DNA of 64,000 bases from Eledone cirrhosa (lineage: Eukaryota): contig OZ024740.1 in NCBI GenBank assembly GCA_964016885.1, positions 158,100,001-158,164,000 on the forward strand. Direction: 5' to 3'. Positions 15,907-30,609 of this stretch are shown piece by piece; position 1 is the stretch's first letter; each line of letters begins with the position of its first letter. Both the position numbers and the translations under genes were made by a program. Under the pieces are notes generated by a model. That model saw nothing but the letters and a program-made list of their open reading frames with translations. It was not told the origin of the DNA and did no database searches.

Positions 15907-17198
15907 TATCTGTGAATTTCTATGTCTGTGTGTGTGTACGGGTGTGAATGCCTGTGAAAGTATTCGACTTATGTCCTTTGTTTAAAGGTTGTTTTCGTTG
16001 TTGTTGATGCTTCTATTATTGTTGCTATTATCTAGACCTACGCCAGTCCTAATCGAGAAGACCATTTATGGGTTGTGTTTCAGCCATAGCTATCCCGTTC
16101 TTTCGTACATTGTTAATCAAGGATTAGATAATCTTATCATTTCTCATTTTTAAACATGCTAGGGTATATAATTAAAGTGAGATGTTGTTGCTATTTTATC
16201 AGGTCGAGTGAATACCTAGAGGCTTCTACGCTGGTTCGTCGACTTTTTCTTTGTTTATTCAGCTGGTATGTTTTGTTATGTTTCTATCTTCGACTGTCTC
16301 CACACTGTACTTAGTTGCTTCATTACCTCTGGGAAATTATTTTTTTTATTTTTTTTTATGTTATCATGTCCTCTAATTAATTTGTAGAATCTGTTCATAT
16401 TTTCCTCTGCGAGTTAATTTCTTAGTCACACTGTAATTATTTTAGTGTAATTTTATATATGTCTGTCTCTTCAACTCTTTCGGTGCGTGGTAACTATATT
16501 CTATCTACAAATACGGTAGGGTCTCATATATGTAATTTAGTGAGTTGAAATATTTCGAAGTACCGAGAAAAAACATAATGGTTGGATACAAATACAGTAT
16601 TGTCTCACAATTGTAATACAGTGACTTGAAAAAGTCTTTGATCTAGGTTTATTCAAGTAATTAGGAGAAAAAAGATTCCTTTATGCGGGACTACATTAAA
16701 ACAACTTGGGAATCTGGACTTGAGAACATCTGAGTCCTTCAGCACATGCTCGCAAGAAACTTAACGAAAATTAAAAATACATGAATGTAGTCCTATGTAG
16801 ATCGATGCTGATATTCGGCTAAAATGGAATTTACACCCGATGAAATAAAAATGTATATCACAACACTTACAATACATATTCTAAATGTGTTTCATACCTT
16901 TATTTAAATATATATGTTTAAAATGGGACAGACCTCCTATGATATCGAGACTTGGGATGATGCCCACTTAGTAAATTCGATACGGCTTCTAGGAGAATTT
17001 AAAATGAAATAAGAAACAGCAAACAAAGGAATTAACTCTAATAAGAGCAGTTGAATGAAAGGTCGAAAAATATATAAAATACTGTTTGGGAGTGGATCTA
17101 GACGTTGACTGATGAAAGCAACAAACATGTCTCGCTTTTATTAGACATTCCCAATGAAGTATATTCAACTCAGTTGGCAAAGTGGTAGAGGTAATCAC

Positions 17199-17684
<486 letters not shown>

Positions 17685-17698
17685 GAGAGAGAGAGAGG

Positions 17699-17781
<83 letters not shown>

Positions 17782-18059
17782 TAAATGTAGTGACGATGAT
17801 TATGAACATCAGCAATATATCTGAGAGAGAAAATTAGTGGAGCATTGTACATATTAATGCAAGTTAGGTAGGTTGTACACACATGCTCACACACACACAC
17901 ACTCCGAAGAACTGACTGGTTATAATTTTGTATTGGCGATCGAGTAACGTGAAAACAAGCGAATAGCGATCTCTAGACCTACCAGTTCAGAGAAACAATT
18001 GTCAGCAATGAGATTAAAAACCTTTTTTGTATAGCAAACCATGTCAATCTTCTTTCCTG

Positions 18060-18113
<54 letters not shown>

Positions 18114-18142
18114 GAAGTTTACATATACATAAACTAGACAGA

Positions 18143-18201
<59 letters not shown>

Positions 18202-18207
18202 TTTTGG

Positions 18208-19335
18208 CAACCATTCACGGTGTGGCTCAATGACGAATTATTTAATGAGTCAGTCGATTTCACGGGTTTCCTGGAGAGGCATATTCGCAGAGAGGGGCCC
18301 GAGTGGGCCAGGTGGATGTCGAGGCCCTCTCTCCGTATAGCCCTGCGGATAGCGTTGGTGGTATTCTCTGGGCGAGAAGATGCCTCTCCAGGAAACCCGG
18401 GAAATCGACTGACGCGTGTTCCCTCAGAAACTGTCCGATGCGCCATACGAACTGTTGTTTACGCACATACGTCGTGTATAAGATAGAATGTGACAAGTGC
18501 AACCACTACTATATCGGTAGCACAATCCGGCCGCTACACATCCGGATCAAGGAGCACATCAACAGCAGGTCTTTCGGGAAACAAATAACCAAATGCGAAA
18601 ACAAAGACGGAAGGCCCATTTCCACAGTGCTAGCGACAGAACGCAACGTCGGCACATTACGAATCAAAGAAGCACTTTGGATCAAACGCCTAGGGCCACA
18701 AATAAATAACCGATCCGAGAGAAGCGAAATGAGGTGGTTGGTGTAAACAAACGAGACAACAACACATGCACACACACACAGTAGCATTCGAACGATTGTG
18801 TGTGTAGCACCGCCACCATCCACCGACCAGGCATACTACTACCATACGACTATACTACACTGCTAGTACGTAAAACCATCACAGATAACTAGTACAATGG
18901 ATTGACAGCTAACGCCATCCCACTCCCACAATTAAAAGAACTGCTTCGACCGTCGACCTTTGCTTGACCGCACTTATTCCGCGCGCACGCGTGCTCTGCA
19001 AAATACTTCAGTTAGTCACAAACAGCGAACAGCAGAGAACACGTACCGTTCCTCTCCGACAGATACCCCCCTCGACCCCCCCCCCCCCCCTCTCCCTAGT
19101 TGATGGATGTGAATCCCAAATATAGGGACAATTAAATCTCTCCCAATGTAATTGTATCTCATATTATTTTTCTTATTTTTTACGCTCTTTCCTACGTTCC
19201 TCTACACACTATACATCTCATACTACATTCCCTTACATCTCTCTCTTCACCACCGGATCCTGTTACCCGGAGAATTACCCATCTGCATTGTTTAGGCTTC
19301 CAAAACGACCAAAATAAATCTTATTATTCCACAAT
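18208..19335 (+). mobile_element. 5'-truncated Penelope-like element (GIY-YIG with upstream Cys motif), internal inversion
   Basis: ORF to 18746: CSLRNCPM..CC...VVYKIECDKC..YYIGST.RPL..RIKEH...LRIKEALWIKRL.PQIN. Segment 18250-18361 is inverted. Confidence 0.88.
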
Positions 19336-19378
19336 GCTTCAAGCAAAGTTCAATACTCGCTTATATATATATATATAC

Positions 19379-19459
<81 letters not shown>

Positions 19460-19463
19460 GGTG

Positions 19464-19510
<47 letters not shown>

Positions 19511-19571
19511 ATATATAGATATATAATAGAATTCGTAACATTGCCGCATAGTTTGACTATCGAAAATAGTC

Positions 19572-19682
19572 TAATAATTGTTTCTACTTTTGGCACAAGG
19601 CTAGCAAATACCCAGTACATTACTGGTACTTTATTTTATCGACCTCGTATGGATGAAAGGCAAAGTTAACCTCGGCGGGATA
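19572..19682 (-). mobile_element. tRNA/Nin-type SINE fragment
   Basis: CTGGTACTTTATTTTATCGACC...GGATGAAAGGCAAAGTTAACCTCGGCGGGA. Confidence 0.8.
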
Positions 19683-19864
19683 GGGCGTAGAAGAAATATG
19701 GAGTGATGTTACTTTCTAGTCACATGATACACACGCATACACACACATCAATATGGTTATAATATCATATGCATTTGTGGCGTTAAAACCGTATTGAAAC
19801 GTGCGTAGAAAAGAAGGAATAAATATAATTTCATATCCTTGATTTTGTTCTAATTTCCTAATAT

Positions 19865-19951
<87 letters not shown>

Positions 19952-20502
19952 CAATTATCCCCACATGATTGAGTACCTATCATCAGGCACAGCTTGACAT
20001 CTCCACGGCAGTAATCCTCAAATATAAGTTACGATTTGGGGGTCCAAATATAAACCTTTTACTTCAGAATTTGAGGCGGTGAGATGTCACACTGTGTGTG
20101 GCGAGAGACACTCAATCATTTTAAATATTCTTAAATTAATATTGAAAGAGATTGACAATGTTTGTAATTTTAAACATATATAAATCAAATTTATTTTCAC
20201 TTCGATATAAGCAACCAGCTTTATACCATATATATAATCATATATATACATTATCCCATATATATATATACACTCATATATATAGATTATTAAAAAATAA
20301 GTGTAAATACAGTCATACTTACATCGTTTTTACTCAAACACACAAACACATAGACACACACGCACTCACACGCACACAAACACATACAAACACACACATA
20401 CACAGACACGCACACACACACACATATATATGTATATATATATATATATATGTTTGTGCGTGTGTGCATGTGTGTATGTGTGTGCGTATGTGTGTGTATA
20501 TA

Positions 20503-20576
<74 letters not shown>

Positions 20577-20580
<4 letters not shown>

Positions 20581-21003
20581 TTCATAAAATAGATGTTCTT
20601 TTTTTTATCAATTAAATTTTATTATACATATTTCAGAGGTACAACAGTACGTCCTCATCAGACAAAATATAATGATACATGACATACCCTGAGATGTTAA
20701 ATGGTTAAGATTTAATCAAGGTAGTGACTACCTTTATTCAAGGTAGTCACTACCTTGATTAAATCTTAACCATTTAACATCTCAGGGTATGTCATGTATC
20801 ATGTATCATTATATTTTGTCTGATGAGGACGTACTGTTGTACCTCTGAAATATGTATAATAAAATTTAATTGATCAAAAGAACATCTATTTTATTAATAT
20901 TTGTATTTTAATATTAATAATTCTGCAAAATTATTACTGTAGAGTGCTTCCAATCTACTGTAAAACTCATTCTTTGATGTACTCATTGAATCTTGTTTAA
21001 CTC

Positions 21004-21008
<5 letters not shown>
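20577..21008 (+). mobile_element. Palindromic element with HHR in both arms (20618-20666 minus; 20815-20863 plus) and ~105-bp tail
   Basis: Arms 20577-20734 / 20740-20902, loop TATTC. TTTGT CTGATGA ggacgtactgttgtacctct GAAA TATGTA TA ATAAA. (TA)n on both sides. Confidence 0.88.
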
Positions 21009-21074
<66 letters not shown>

Positions 21075-21117
21075 ATATATTTACAAATGGATACTATATT
21101 TATAAAACCATATTTAT

Positions 21118-21177
21118 TTTATTATACATATTTCAAAGGCCACCAAGGCAAATTATGCTGCGCTTTCATCAGATAAA
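21118..21177 (-). ncRNA. Type I HHR motif (family G-related fragment)
   Basis: Minus: TTTAT CTGATGA aagc...cttt GAAA TATGTA TA ATAAA. A perfect small hairpin follows at 21235-21280. Confidence 0.7.
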
Positions 21178-21762
21178 ATACAATAGAGATTTGTTTTATA
21201 AATAAATATTGACATACACTGAAAAAAGACAACCTTAACGGTTGGAGCTTCCTGACTATCCAGGAAGCTCCAACCGTTAAATATAACCTCTGCATATATA
21301 TATATATATATATATATATAGTTCAAGAAATGACAAGACAAATACAGAAATGAGAAACACGAAGTCTTAGTAGTATCACGCTTAGGAGAAAATAAAGGGC
21401 GTTTGATGTTTCTGACATAAGTTATTCTTCTGGAAATGGAGAGTTCGGCGAGGAAGAGAGAGAAAAGAGGTTGGAACATCGGAGTTAGGAAACACTTATT
21501 TAAGAAGGCTAGGCTTGATAGGTGTGTGGTCCGGCATTCGGGAGTGAGGGGGAGGCACGAGGTGGAGAATCCAGATGTGTCAGAGGTGTTATTATGTGCG
21601 TACAAATGGAGTGCATTTCATGAGTTTGCATTTTTGCTTCTGTCCGTGTATGTGGCTGGTGTATTATCGATGGAGGTGCATCAGCATGTGTCTGAATTTT
21701 TATGCAGTATTTTGTGCGTGCACGTGTGTGTATGTTTTCTTTATGAGTGTGTGTTGTGAGTG

Positions 21763-21836
<74 letters not shown>

Positions 21837-21901
21837 TCTATGTGTGTGTGTCTGTGTATACATGTGCATTTCTGTGAGTTTTTGTATTGAATGTGAATGC
21901 A

Positions 21902-21932
<31 letters not shown>

Positions 21933-22349
21933 ACGTGTGTGTGTGTGTTTGTCTATGTGTGTGTGTGTGTGTATACACATATGACTGTGAATCCAGTGTT
22001 TTTTTTATGTGTGCATGTGTATTCACATACGTGTGTGTGTGTGTATAAATGTGAACTTATGTTAGCTTTGTGTGTAGGAGTGCGCACGTGCGTGTATATG
22101 TGTGTATTTGTATGAGCGAGTATGTGTACATCCATGTGCGCGTCTGTGGCTTTTTAGTATGGTTTGTGTATGTGTGTGCGTATGTATGTGAAATATTTTG
22201 TTATTTGTGTGGATGTTTGTACGCGTACGTATGTGTGTATGTGCGTGTGTGTGTATACACGTGTGTGTCTCTGAGATTTTTGTATTGTTTGTGTGTGTAC
22301 CTTTGTGTGTGTGTGCAAGGGTGTGTGTACGAATATGGGTTTTTTGCGT

Positions 22350-22399
<50 letters not shown>

Positions 22400-22400
<1 letters not shown>

Positions 22401-22687
22401 CTATATATATAAAACTAAGCATGTCTGTCTGTGAATGTGTGAATCCCTAAAACTCTGGAACCACCCAACCGACTGTTTTCAAACTTTACACATGTAATAC
22501 TTATGTTTCAGGGGTTGTTCTGAGCAAAACAAATTTCAAATTTTTAAAGCCGCATTAGGCGATTTAGCGATCTCTCTCTATAATTCTTAGTCTTTCTCTT
22601 TTTAGATAGATACATACATATAACGTCGCGCCCTTATAATATCAGTCTGCATGTCTGTCTGTCTGCATTACGTCACTTCCCTGAGGA

Positions 22688-22743
<56 letters not shown>

Positions 22744-23334
22744 TGAATCCCTAAAACTCGCGACGTACCCAACCGATTTTTTTCAAACTTTACATGTGTA
22801 TTACTTATGTTTCAGGGAGGGTTATGCACGTAAAATACAACTTTTTTTTGTCTCCTAGGGCCCGCATTAGGTGAAAAACTGCATTTTACAAGATGTTTAG
22901 GGGTTTTTTGAGGCGTTACATCAAACCGATTTCCTTGAAATTGTAACTATGTATTAGTCAGTCTCTTCTTCATACCGTAAGCAAAGAAAATCCAACTTTC
23001 TTATGGCCTAGGGCGCGCATTAGGTGAAAAACTTCATTTTTTCCGCTTCTTAGGGCTTTTTTGAGGTGTTACGTCTAGCCGATTTTCCTAAAATTTAAAG
23101 GCATATTATGCACATAAAAAAAATTCATTTTCTTGATCCCCTAGGGCCTGCATTAGGTAAAAATCTGCTTTTTTCCTGCTTCATCGAGGAAAATCTTAGA
23201 TTATCCAGCCATCAGAGTATTCGGTTTATTTTCTTTACATATTGTTCAGGCATGCAGTTTATCCACGATTGGGTCTGTTGGCGGACCGCGTTCCAAAATA
23301 CCTTATCCCGTGCAACGCCGGGTACCACTGCTAG
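22400..23334 (+). mobile_element. Non-autonomous Helitron
   Basis: a|TCTATATATATAAAA start; subterminal hairpin CCCGtgcaacgcCGGG (23307-23322); CTAG|t end; internal subrepeats. Confidence 0.8.
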
Positions 23335-23354
23335 TATATATATATATATATATA

Positions 23355-23912
23355 GGCCGAGGAGATATTCAATTTGTTGGTAATTCAACAAATATAAATG
23401 TTTATAACTGATTCAGAGCACTCAACAAGTTTTCTGGAGTATAATATACAATGATATTAAATAAATGGAAACTATATTTATAAAACCATATTTATTCTGT
23501 TATATATATTTCAAGGGTACCAAAAATTTTGGTACGCTATCATCAGATAAAATACGGAGTGTGTTTTATAAATTTTGACATAACCAAGGAGAATATACCT
23601 TAACGGTTCAAGTTATCCTGAAACAGTGTATTGGAGATCGATTGACGCAACCTCAAGCGATTAGCGAACTCTAGACACACCTGATCAACGAAATAATTGT
23701 CAGTACTTTAAATAAAGCCTTTATTGTACAGCCAACCATGTTACTCTTCTTTGTTTAACTATTATTACTCTAAGTATAACCTGCATAGGAATTACCGCGA
23801 ACTCGCTGCATAACTATGGAAACATCTTGTTGAGTCAAACAAAGCCGTACGTTAAAACTATCCACGACGCGGAGTACTCTAACTGGATTACCTATAACGA
23901 TAACTTGTTATC
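23355..23912 (-). mobile_element. Non-coding PLE-type 3' end (family G) with HHR ~23495-23551
   Basis: Minus: CTGATGA tagcgtaccaaaatttttggtaccctt GAAA TATATA TA. Homology to 17380-17567, 17905-18060 and 21075-21240; TA-flanked. Confidence 0.7.
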
Positions 23913-23987
<75 letters not shown>

Positions 23988-23994
<7 letters not shown>

Positions 23995-24198
23995 TAAAAT
24001 AATAGATTAAAGTTTAAGCAAAGAATCGCTGCTTTCACCCTTCTGAGGAAGATCCCGTTAAGGGTGAAAGCAGCGATTCTTTGCTTAAACTTTAATCTGT
24101 TATTTTAATAAATATTTGCTCTACGGTTCTTATATATTTGATATATATTTATCCTTATCGAGCCCTCTTTGGATTTTAGTCTTCAAATTTATTATTAT

Positions 24199-24203
<5 letters not shown>
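23988..24203 (+). mobile_element. Fold-back mini-copy of the PLE1 3' terminus
   Basis: Arms ~23988-24042 / 24060-24114; the right arm and tail match 10170-10285 and 26770-26830. Confidence 0.88.
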
Positions 24204-24231
<28 letters not shown>

Positions 24232-24598
24232 AATATAAATTAGCGAGAATCGTATTTCGGCTATTGGAAATTAGCGAAAAATAACTTCCCAGATGTGTGG
24301 CAAGCGCTCAATAGATTCTAACGAACCAGAGCTACAACATACGTTAAAAGGCCAAACACACTGAGACGATGGTTAAACCATTATCCGCACAGCCATAGAA
24401 ACGACAAAGTAATTCGGGTCAAACAAATAGAAAAAAAAATATGATTACCCGGACCCCTGGATGGTTGGTGAAAATCCAGCATTTGGGTTTCTGCGACTCC
24501 TAAATCAAGTACTGTCCGCTTAGACAAATAATTGTTTCTACTTTTGGCACACGGCCAGCAATTACCCAGTACATTACTGGTACTTCATTTTATCGACC

Positions 24599-24676
<78 letters not shown>

Positions 24677-24689
24677 CAATCCTTGGCCT

Positions 24690-26830
24690 GGCACTTGAAC
24701 TAAATGCCTGTTGAGAAAGTGACGTCCTTGTCGGGCGGTGGTTTGTACCGTGACGATGGTCTTTTGACCATGACTAAGTGCGGACCTCGTTGCGACAGGT
24801 TCAGAAAAGAACTCACAGCCTTCTTTAAAGCCTTCAACCTCTCTATACAGGTCGAGGCCTATCTCTCGGTCGTTAATTAGCTCGACGTTACCCTCAACTT
24901 ATTGAATGGGTTGTATTACCCGTATAGAAAGCCGAATGATACGCTTAATTACATAAGTAAGCATTCCAACCATCCTGCCAGCATAACCAAGAACCTTTTA
25001 AGAAACGTTTCGTTGAGGCTTTCCTGTCTTTCCACCAACGAGCGTATTTTCAACGACCATTCCACTTATTACAATGAAGCTCTTGCTCGAAGTGGTTTTG
25101 TCGATAAGGTAGCATATACAGAGTACGAAAATAGACCTAGAAGAAATAGATCCCGTCGCATTTGTTGGTATAACCCTCCATATAATATGGAGGTGGCCAC
25201 ACCATTAGCTAAGATCTTTCTTTCCCTTATTACGAAGCATTTTCCCCCTACACATAAATATAGTAAAATTTTTAATAGAAATACTATTAAAATTTCTTAC
25301 TCTACGACTCCTAACCTTGCACATAACATCACAGCTTCAAATTTAGCTAAACTACCTAGCCGTAGGAACACGTGCAACCCTGTAGTTAGTACTAACTGTA
25401 ATTGTAGGAATAGGGTTGATTGCCCCCTATCCGGGAAATGCCTTTCTAGTAACATTGTCTACAAATGTAAGGTTGTAACACCCACGTCCCTTAGGGCCTA
25501 CATAGGGTTAACCGCCAATAGATTCAAGCAGCGTCTTTACATGCATACCCATTCTTTTCGTTACCCTCTAAGAAGGAATATGACGTCACTTTCAGCTTAT
25601 ATCTGGAATCTGCAAGACAACCACACCCAATATAAGTTACACTGGGAGATCCTAGCTAGGGCTAGATCGTATAACGGAAATAAAGACCATGTGACCTCTG
25701 TGGAAATACTCTACGCCACAGACCACATCTTAAACAAAAAATCTGAGGCAATTTTGGCTTGTAAACATAAATTGCACAAAACTTTCCTGTATTACAGCCC
25801 CACGTTATACCCTAACGGATAGTACGATCTATACGTGGATATTTTACGTCTTGATGTGGGAGCTAAGTATATGTTTTGTATGTTTTGTACCTTTACTTAT
25901 TTGCATAGGTAAGTATATATTACCCGTATGTTTTGTGAAGGTACGTATACCTTCTCGTACGTATATTTGATTGTTATGGCGTATACTTTTTTTATATATT
26001 CTGGTACATATGGTTCGGCTATGTGTATACGGGAGTTTTGCGTCTGTGTGAGTATGCAGGTTCGTACGTATGTAGGGCGTGTGTATATGTGTACTTCATG
26101 TTTTGGTTGACTTACGTCTCCGAACATCCGTGTATTTACATGTAGGTATGTGTGTGCGCTTGTTATATACGTATTTATTTATTTATATACGTTTATATAA
26201 TTATTTATTTATTTGTATACACGCATACACACACACACATATTTATATGTGCGTGGTTTTGGTTACCTATGGTAAGTTTTTGCGTATGCTTGTGTATGTA
26301 CGTATTTGTTTGCGTGTATGTATTTATTTATTTCTATTACTTCTGTATTGTATTTATTTACTTTATTCTTAACTCTGTAGCGGAGATTCATTCGGTCTCC
26401 TAGTTAGAATTTTAGTCTACGACTTCTGCTATACCATTTACGTGGTTTTGTCTTTGCGTGCTATTGTTCTCCACGCTCCACATATGACGTATTATTTTCG
26501 TTTTTTTTCGTTCATTGCCAGAGAACGTCTCTATGCACCACCTAAGATAACATTAGTCTACGACCTCTTTTATACCATAAACGTGGTTCTGTCTTTGCGC
26601 GTAATTGTTTTTCACCGCTCCTATTAATGACGTATTATATTCGTTTTTTCCCGTTCTTTGCCAGCGAACGTTTCCACGGACCAAAGTATCGTCTTCCTGT
26701 CTTCCTCCGGTTGCAACGTTTTTTGAAATATCCAGTTCTGCGTTTACAGATTGACTTTGTTAGTTTCAGAAGATCCCGTTAAGGGTGAAAGCAGCGATTC
26801 TTTGCTTAAACTTTAATCTGTTATTTTAAT
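24690..26830 (+). mobile_element. 5'-truncated Naiad-like PLE, family PLE1 (RT motif C to endonuclease, 3' UTR)
   Basis: GGGLYRDDGL at ~24734-24763, one stop, then ORF 24902-25822 with thumb and GIY-YIG; ~140-bp tandem duplication in the 3' UTR (26410-26690). Confidence 0.92.
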
Positions 26831-26862
26831 ATATATATATATTGGTGTGTTACCTTCTCAAC

Positions 26863-26991
<129 letters not shown>

Positions 26992-27077
26992 TATATATAT
27001 ATTATTAGGCTCTGAATCTGTTAATTTTATTAGTTATTTCATTGAACAAAATTTAGTTTAAGTACATATATATATAG

Positions 27078-27382
27078 AGAGAGAGATTACAATAATCAAA
27101 GTTCAGTTTAAGTCATTTATTTGCTTACAATTGTTTCCTCCAAACCGAGGTTTGGATTCTTCGGAGCAACTATTTACTGATCTATAAACTGAACTTTGAT
27201 TATTGTAATCTCTATATAACTGCTCTGTAAAACAACTGATGTTATTACATTGAGCTATTTATCTTACTGGTAATAGGATACTAATTAATGACTATCTTTC
27301 ACTATTTAAGGTTTGTATATATAATATATTACCATTAAAGGTTTTATTACATACATAACCATAAATAGTACCCTTAATACTA
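27078..27382 (+). mobile_element. Fold-back element, family N, HHR on minus strand 27121-27169
   Basis: Minus: TTGCT CCGAAGA a tccaaac ctcg gtttgga g GAAA CAATTG TA AGCAA. Arms 27081-27109 / 27184-27214; tail homologous to 56510-56675. Confidence 0.82.
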
Positions 27383-27795
27383 TATATATATATATATAAA
27401 CATGAGAAGAAAGAAGAATACTGCGTGGTTTGCACATGGGTTACATTTGATAAAAATAGTCCTTCGTCAGTGATTTTCCAACCATCATTGGTATTTCATC
27501 GCATTAAAAATCAGTTACCTCAGGTTGGTGCGAGGAATAACTAAAAAAAGTTATTGGGACCAGAATTTGCGTAAGACGAGGGGGACAAGTAAACAACATA
27601 GAAGCCTTATTCTTATAGCCTGGTCTATTCGATTTTTTATATAGTTAATTATGCTAATTGGGTGAGGAAATGGTATATATTTTATCTGGTGATTCTATAG
27701 ACATGTTTTATGATATATAGCTCTGATTATTTAATTTATTAACTTTTCATTGAGCCACAAAGTGACCCGTTGCAAAACACGTATATGTATGTATG

Positions 27796-27826
<31 letters not shown>

Positions 27827-27828
27827 CT

Positions 27829-27884
<56 letters not shown>

Positions 27885-28151
27885 TCTTGCTTTACTATAT
27901 GATATACATATTATTTCTGACGACACAATTTCTCGTAAAAGGTTTCCATCACTCTTTCTTTATCTCCCCCCCCCTCTCTCTTTCTATCTCACCCCCCCCT
28001 CTCTCTCTTTCTATCCCCCCCCCCCTCTCTCTTGCTCTTTCTCTTTAACTTCTCCTCGATTCCCCATTGACCTATCACCCTTCATATGTCCCAAATTCTC
28101 CTTTTCTGCCTTAAATCCCATCTCTCCCTTTATAATATATATATATATATT

Positions 28152-28226
<75 letters not shown>

Positions 28227-28594
28227 ATATATGATATATATATATACTACTATCCACCCCATCAACTATTTCTCTACTTCACTTTTGCTCTCTACACCCC
28301 CCTCCCATCCCCTCCCCCTCTCACACGCACTCTCTCCCTTTCCTAGCTCGATTCTTCTATGCCAGAATCTAGAACATACTGACCCGATTTTCATTGTAGT
28401 TGTTGTGGAAGTTGTTGATGTTGTTGTTATTTGGAGCCAGGTTAGATCTCATTGAGAAAGACCGGATGGTTAGAGGTAGATCGTCTTTCAGTGCTCATAT
28501 ATACCGCATCTTAACCACTACACCATCTAACCACTCTTTCCTAATTTTCTTATTCTTCTTTCCATACGATTTGAAACAGGTTTAGCTGGTATGT

Positions 28595-28600
28595 GATTAC

Positions 28601-28633
<33 letters not shown>

Positions 28634-28641
28634 GGTGATTG

Positions 28642-28687
<46 letters not shown>

Positions 28688-28704
28688 GGTGATTGTGATG
28701 ATGA

Positions 28705-28738
<34 letters not shown>

Positions 28739-28749
28739 GGTGATTGTGA

Positions 28750-28783
<34 letters not shown>

Positions 28784-28791
28784 GGTGGTGG

Positions 28792-28834
<43 letters not shown>

Positions 28835-28839
28835 AATTG

Positions 28840-28895
<56 letters not shown>

Positions 28896-29140
28896 ATTGT
28901 GATGATGATGATGGTGGTGATGATGATGATGATGATGATGGTGATGGTGAAAATGATGATGATGATGATGATGGTCGTGGTGGTCGTGGTGATTATAATG
29001 ATGGTGGTGGAGACGATGATGGTGAGGACGACGATGATGATGAGGAGGAGGAGGACGATGATGATGATGATGATGTTGATGATGATAACGACAACGACGA
29101 TGATGATGATGATGATGATGCTTATATGATGATCATGATG
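28595..29140. repeat. Compound (GAT)n/(GGT)n microsatellite
   Basis: Direct reading. Confidence 0.95.
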
Positions 29141-29230
29141 ACCAAAATGTTATGTTGTTGATGTTGTTGGTGTTAACGATAATTGGTAAACACTAAAAAG
29201 TTAATGAATGGAGATGCTGTTCCTATTGTT

Positions 29231-29278
<48 letters not shown>

Positions 29279-29389
29279 TTTATGATAATATGGACGTAGT
29301 ATAAGGAAAAGGGCAACTTGAGGTAAGTGGGCGACAACCGAGTATTTACACACACACGCATATAAGCGCATACGTACAAACACACACAT

Positions 29390-29431
<42 letters not shown>

Positions 29432-29786
29432 CCTTCTTCCTCATGTATATATGAATGCGTACAAAGGGACACAGGCACACACACTCACACATACACATAT
29501 AGATGTATATATATATATACTGTATGCGTGTAATGTGTAGACGTTTAGTTGTAGCTTACTGCATTCCGTCACTCAAATCCCTGGACATTCTTCATACTGT
29601 GCTAGCTGCCAGATAAAACATATACTTTCCCTCACAAGCGATCTTTGACAGTACCGTAAACTGTTCTGTAGTGGAATACTGTATACTGGAACTATAGACC
29701 CTACACATTAAATATTTACTCTTCATAGGTATTGAGGTTTATTGTTTTATTTTCAGGTTTTTTTTATTCTTCATATCGTGTACGTT

Positions 29787-30463
29787 AAAGGTTCTCAAGG
29801 GGGGGCATATGCACCCGGGGGGGAGCAAGGGTCGCGTGGGGGGGGGGGGGGCATTTAGAGCTGGGGGATGGGGGTTGGGGGCGCTGGAAGGCTCTTTATT
29901 TTGGTAAGTTTTCTAAGCCATATTTGTATGTCTTTTAGACAGCCAGTGTGAATGCTTTTGAATGTGCTTGCAGACAGCATAACTATAGTCTGACCGAAGC
30001 TGTGAGCAGGTGCGCAGGCATGTCCGGTAATTGAGACGTTAACCGGTAATTGAGATCCTAAAAAACAGAAAAAACCCACAGTCAACTGGGTCAAAGACAC
30101 TTTGAGCGCAGCCAGTTAGAATCTTATTTTTCCTTCACCGATAACAATGTATTTCATGTCTGAAATTATTGACTCAACCGTAACGAATTAACACTATGTA
30201 GATCTATTTTATTCCCTATTATATAAATACTATTACAAATAAAAAAAAAGAAAAGAAAAAACAGAAGCGGGTAGCACACACATCTAGGACCACATACAAC
30301 ACATAATCAGATAATACACACATCTTTGGAATATTGTTAATCAATTTTTTAGTAATTTACTGATATAAAAATCAGTAGTATATTGAAAAATGGAAAAAAA
30401 ATATCGTTTCGTGATTTCGAGGGACAAAAGGAGGCGTTTGGCCTAAATGGGTTGAGAACCTGT
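29787..30463. mobile_element. Probable non-autonomous hAT (Charlie/Buster-type) element
   Basis: AGGTTCTCAA ... TTGAGAACCT inverted termini with G-rich subtermini; TSD not identified. Confidence 0.45.
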
Positions 30464-30497
30464 GGTGTACGTGATCTGACTCACGAACAGGCTATTA

Positions 30498-30609
<112 letters not shown>

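Noticed and set aside
17108-17135. HHR at CTGATGAAAGCAACAAACATGTC
   Set aside because: No GAAA and no stem II; at most a relic.
26410-26690. CRISPR-like or satellite array
   Set aside because: A two-unit ~140-bp duplication in a PLE 3' UTR; no repeat-spacer pattern or cas genes, and the context is eukaryotic.
28593-29129. Poly-Met/Val 178-aa ORF
   Set aside because: (GAT)n/(GGT)n microsatellite.
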